Below, piece after piece: positions 63,752-64,000 of a stretch of 64,000 bases of DNA. A model generated the notes under the pieces. The model was not told the DNA's origin, made no database searches, and worked only from the letters and a program-made list of their open reading frames with translations. Location of the stretch: NCBI GenBank assembly GCA_964470695.1, contig CAYYDR010000002.1, forward strand, positions 8,401-72,400, in the 5' to 3' direction. Numbering within the stretch: position 1 is the stretch's first letter; every line of letters begins with the position of its first letter. A program made the translations under genes and the position numbers. The stretch is from an uncultured Gammaproteobacteria bacterium (GTDB taxonomy: Bacteria; Patescibacteriota; Patescibacteriia; Patescibacteriales; UBA12465).

Positions 63752-64000
63752 TTAACCGATTTTTTCAAAAGCGATAAATTTTTCGGTTCCGGGTATTTGG
63801 TACCCATCTGTTTCTGGCGCTTTATCAGTACCGACTTTTAAACGCCAGCATGGCTTCTGAACATTAACATCGGCCGGGGTGATGTTTAAAATAATTGATT
63901 TGCTGTCTTCGCGAGCATGATCGGTTTTTTCAATCACTTCAACATTGACGATGATTTTTGAACCTTGCAGTTTTTCATTGATGAAAAAATGTTTGGTTAC
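63752..64000 (-). CDS. hypothetical protein, 3' part (gene continues beyond the window end)
   Basis: The reading frame stays open from 64000 down to the stop at 63752. The track's start codon at 63935-63937 is an internal GTG. Hand translation upstream reads ..VTKHFFINEKLQGSKIIVNVEV-IEKTDH... No motif recognised. Confidence 0.5.
   Translation of the reverse strand, partial: VTKHFFINEKLQGSKIIVNVEVIEKTDHAREDSKSIILNITPADVNVQKPCWRLKVGTDKAPETDGYQIPGTEKFIAFEKIG

Overview
This is a low-GC, gene-dense (about 90% coding) bacterial chromosome segment that uses the standard genetic code: TGA acts as a stop in two ATGA start/stop overlaps. I call about 61 protein genes and 9 tRNAs. There is no rRNA, CRISPR array, integrase, transposase or reverse transcriptase.

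The gene content looks like a reduced, fermentative, Candidate Phyla Radiation (Patescibacteria)-like organism. That lineage call is an inference from content only.
- Pyruvate node: ppsA, pflB, pflA and a fused ADP-forming acetyl-CoA synthetase.
- Translation and housekeeping: rplS, rpsF-ssb-rpsR, efp, ychF, tsaD, tsaE, and tyrS-argS-glyQS in a row.
- Envelope: lgt, lspA, several glycosyltransferases, a Wzy_C-family protein, and patatin plus PLD lipases.
- No biosynthetic operons.

The observations most worth follow-up:
1. A tandem array of six diverged paralogs of a small signal-peptide plus two-TM 'VirB2/TrbC-like pilin' family (12153-14607), with a seventh copy at 19115-19615. It is flanked by a 3D-domain wall hydrolase, a lipoprotein and a GT-C-like/GT2 pair.
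2. A 1005-aa protein made of two complete PilB/GspE secretion-ATPase modules fused in one ORF.
3. An SMC protein with canonical heads but no recognisable hinge domain, and matched ~90-aa duplications on both coiled-coil arms.
4. An 18-bp duplication of the tRNA-Asp 3' end bracketing a GC-rich insert.
5. A UvrA lacking the UvrB-binding domain.
6. An unlisted 42-aa lysine-rich ORF.
7. An orphan gene behind a 640-bp structured non-coding region.

All family assignments were made by eye from motifs. No database search was run.
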